Origin: Styela clava
Taxonomy: Eukaryota
Assembly: GCF_964204865.1 (NCBI RefSeq)
Contig: NC_135256.1
Location: 19,778,001 to 19,842,000 of the forward strand
Direction of reading: 5' to 3'
DNA: 64,000 nucleotides
The translations under genes and the position numbers were made by a program. Position 1 is the first letter of the stretch; each line of letters opens with the position of its first letter. The notes under the pieces are model-generated. The model was given only the letters and a program-made list of their open reading frames with translations. It had not been told where the DNA came from and ran no database searches. Shown in pieces: positions 63,401 through 64,000 of the stretch.

Positions 63401-63580
63401 CAGTGGTGCGATTCAAATTTTTTGTCAGTCGGTTCTTTCACAAAAGTCATATTTTTCAGCCGGTTCTGTTACAAACATAACATTGACAGTAACCAGTAAT
63501 GCTAACCAGTTCGCTGATCTTATAAAATTCCGTGAGACGGTTCTATAGAACCGGTGCGAACCGGCTGAATCCCACAACTG
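63401..63580. mobile_element. 180-bp hAT MITE with AACCGG subterminal motifs
   Basis: TIRs CAGTGGTGCGATTCA / TGAATCCCACAACTG; perfect TSD TCTATATC (63393-63400, 63581-63588). Confidence 0.9.
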
Positions 63581-63611
63581 TCTATATCTATAACGTCACA
63601 ATGCTCTAGCA

Positions 63612-63912
63612 CAGGGGCGGGCAAGGTTTTTGAACCAGGGGCCACAAATTTTGCCAACCCAGTCTGGCGGGCCATGTAAGTATGACGTAAAAAGTTACAT
63701 TTTATGAACAATATTTACAGTGTTACAAAGCAAATGTGGAAAATAATAAGCCGCGTGCCAAAACTAAGTTTAACCACAATCAAATTCCTTGAGCTATTTT
63801 TAGCTTAAACATACAATTTGGTTTCAGTTTGGTTGTGGCATCATCAGGCGGGTCAGATTGAATTACCCAACGGGCCGGATTTGATCCGCGGGCCATACTT
63901 CGCCCATGTCCG
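63612..63912. mobile_element. Degenerate hAT (Charlie-type) MITE
   Basis: Starts CAGGGGCGGGCAAGG, GCGGGCC subterminal repeats at both ends, ends CTTCGCCCATGTCCG; TSD only partly conserved. Confidence 0.6.
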
Positions 63913-64000
63913 CTGCAGCTTGTGCGAAGCGCTTAACGCATTTCATAAGATCAATACCCAAAACTTTCGTGCCTGCAACTACTAGAAAGTCTATGTCAAA

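Overview
AT-rich, intron-rich animal genomic DNA, most likely an ascidian/tunicate (inferred from gene style, short AT-rich introns and the lectin family; not proven). Splicing by hand gives five host genes. (1) A single-exon ARF/ARL GTPase (653-1171,+). (2) A type II transmembrane C-type-lectin-like receptor (10480-12874,-; first exon unresolved). (3) A complete 22-exon, 7-PDZ GRIP scaffold (16570-33986,+, ~1066 aa). (4) A complete but divergent 22-exon RIPOR/FAM65 gene (45937-37214,-, ~818 aa). (5) A 13-exon UTP15 (47495-56050,+, ~527 aa), head-to-head with RIPOR. The rest is rich in transposons: a truncated, intron-containing Sola-like transposase followed by three nested hAT-type elements, many hAT MITEs with readable 8-bp TSDs, a Helentron/DINE-like element, a Merlin-like MITE, a ~150-bp-arm foldback and at least five copies of a tRNA-derived SINE with an (ATCCT)n tail. 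I see no prokaryotic-type system (CRISPR, defence operon). The best leads are the RIPOR that appears to lack the Rho-binding HR1-like hairpin, the GRIP1b-like palmitoylatable N-terminus of GRIP, the SINE family, and a MITE resembling vertebrate hAT elements. All comparisons to known proteins and repeats are from memory; no searches were run.
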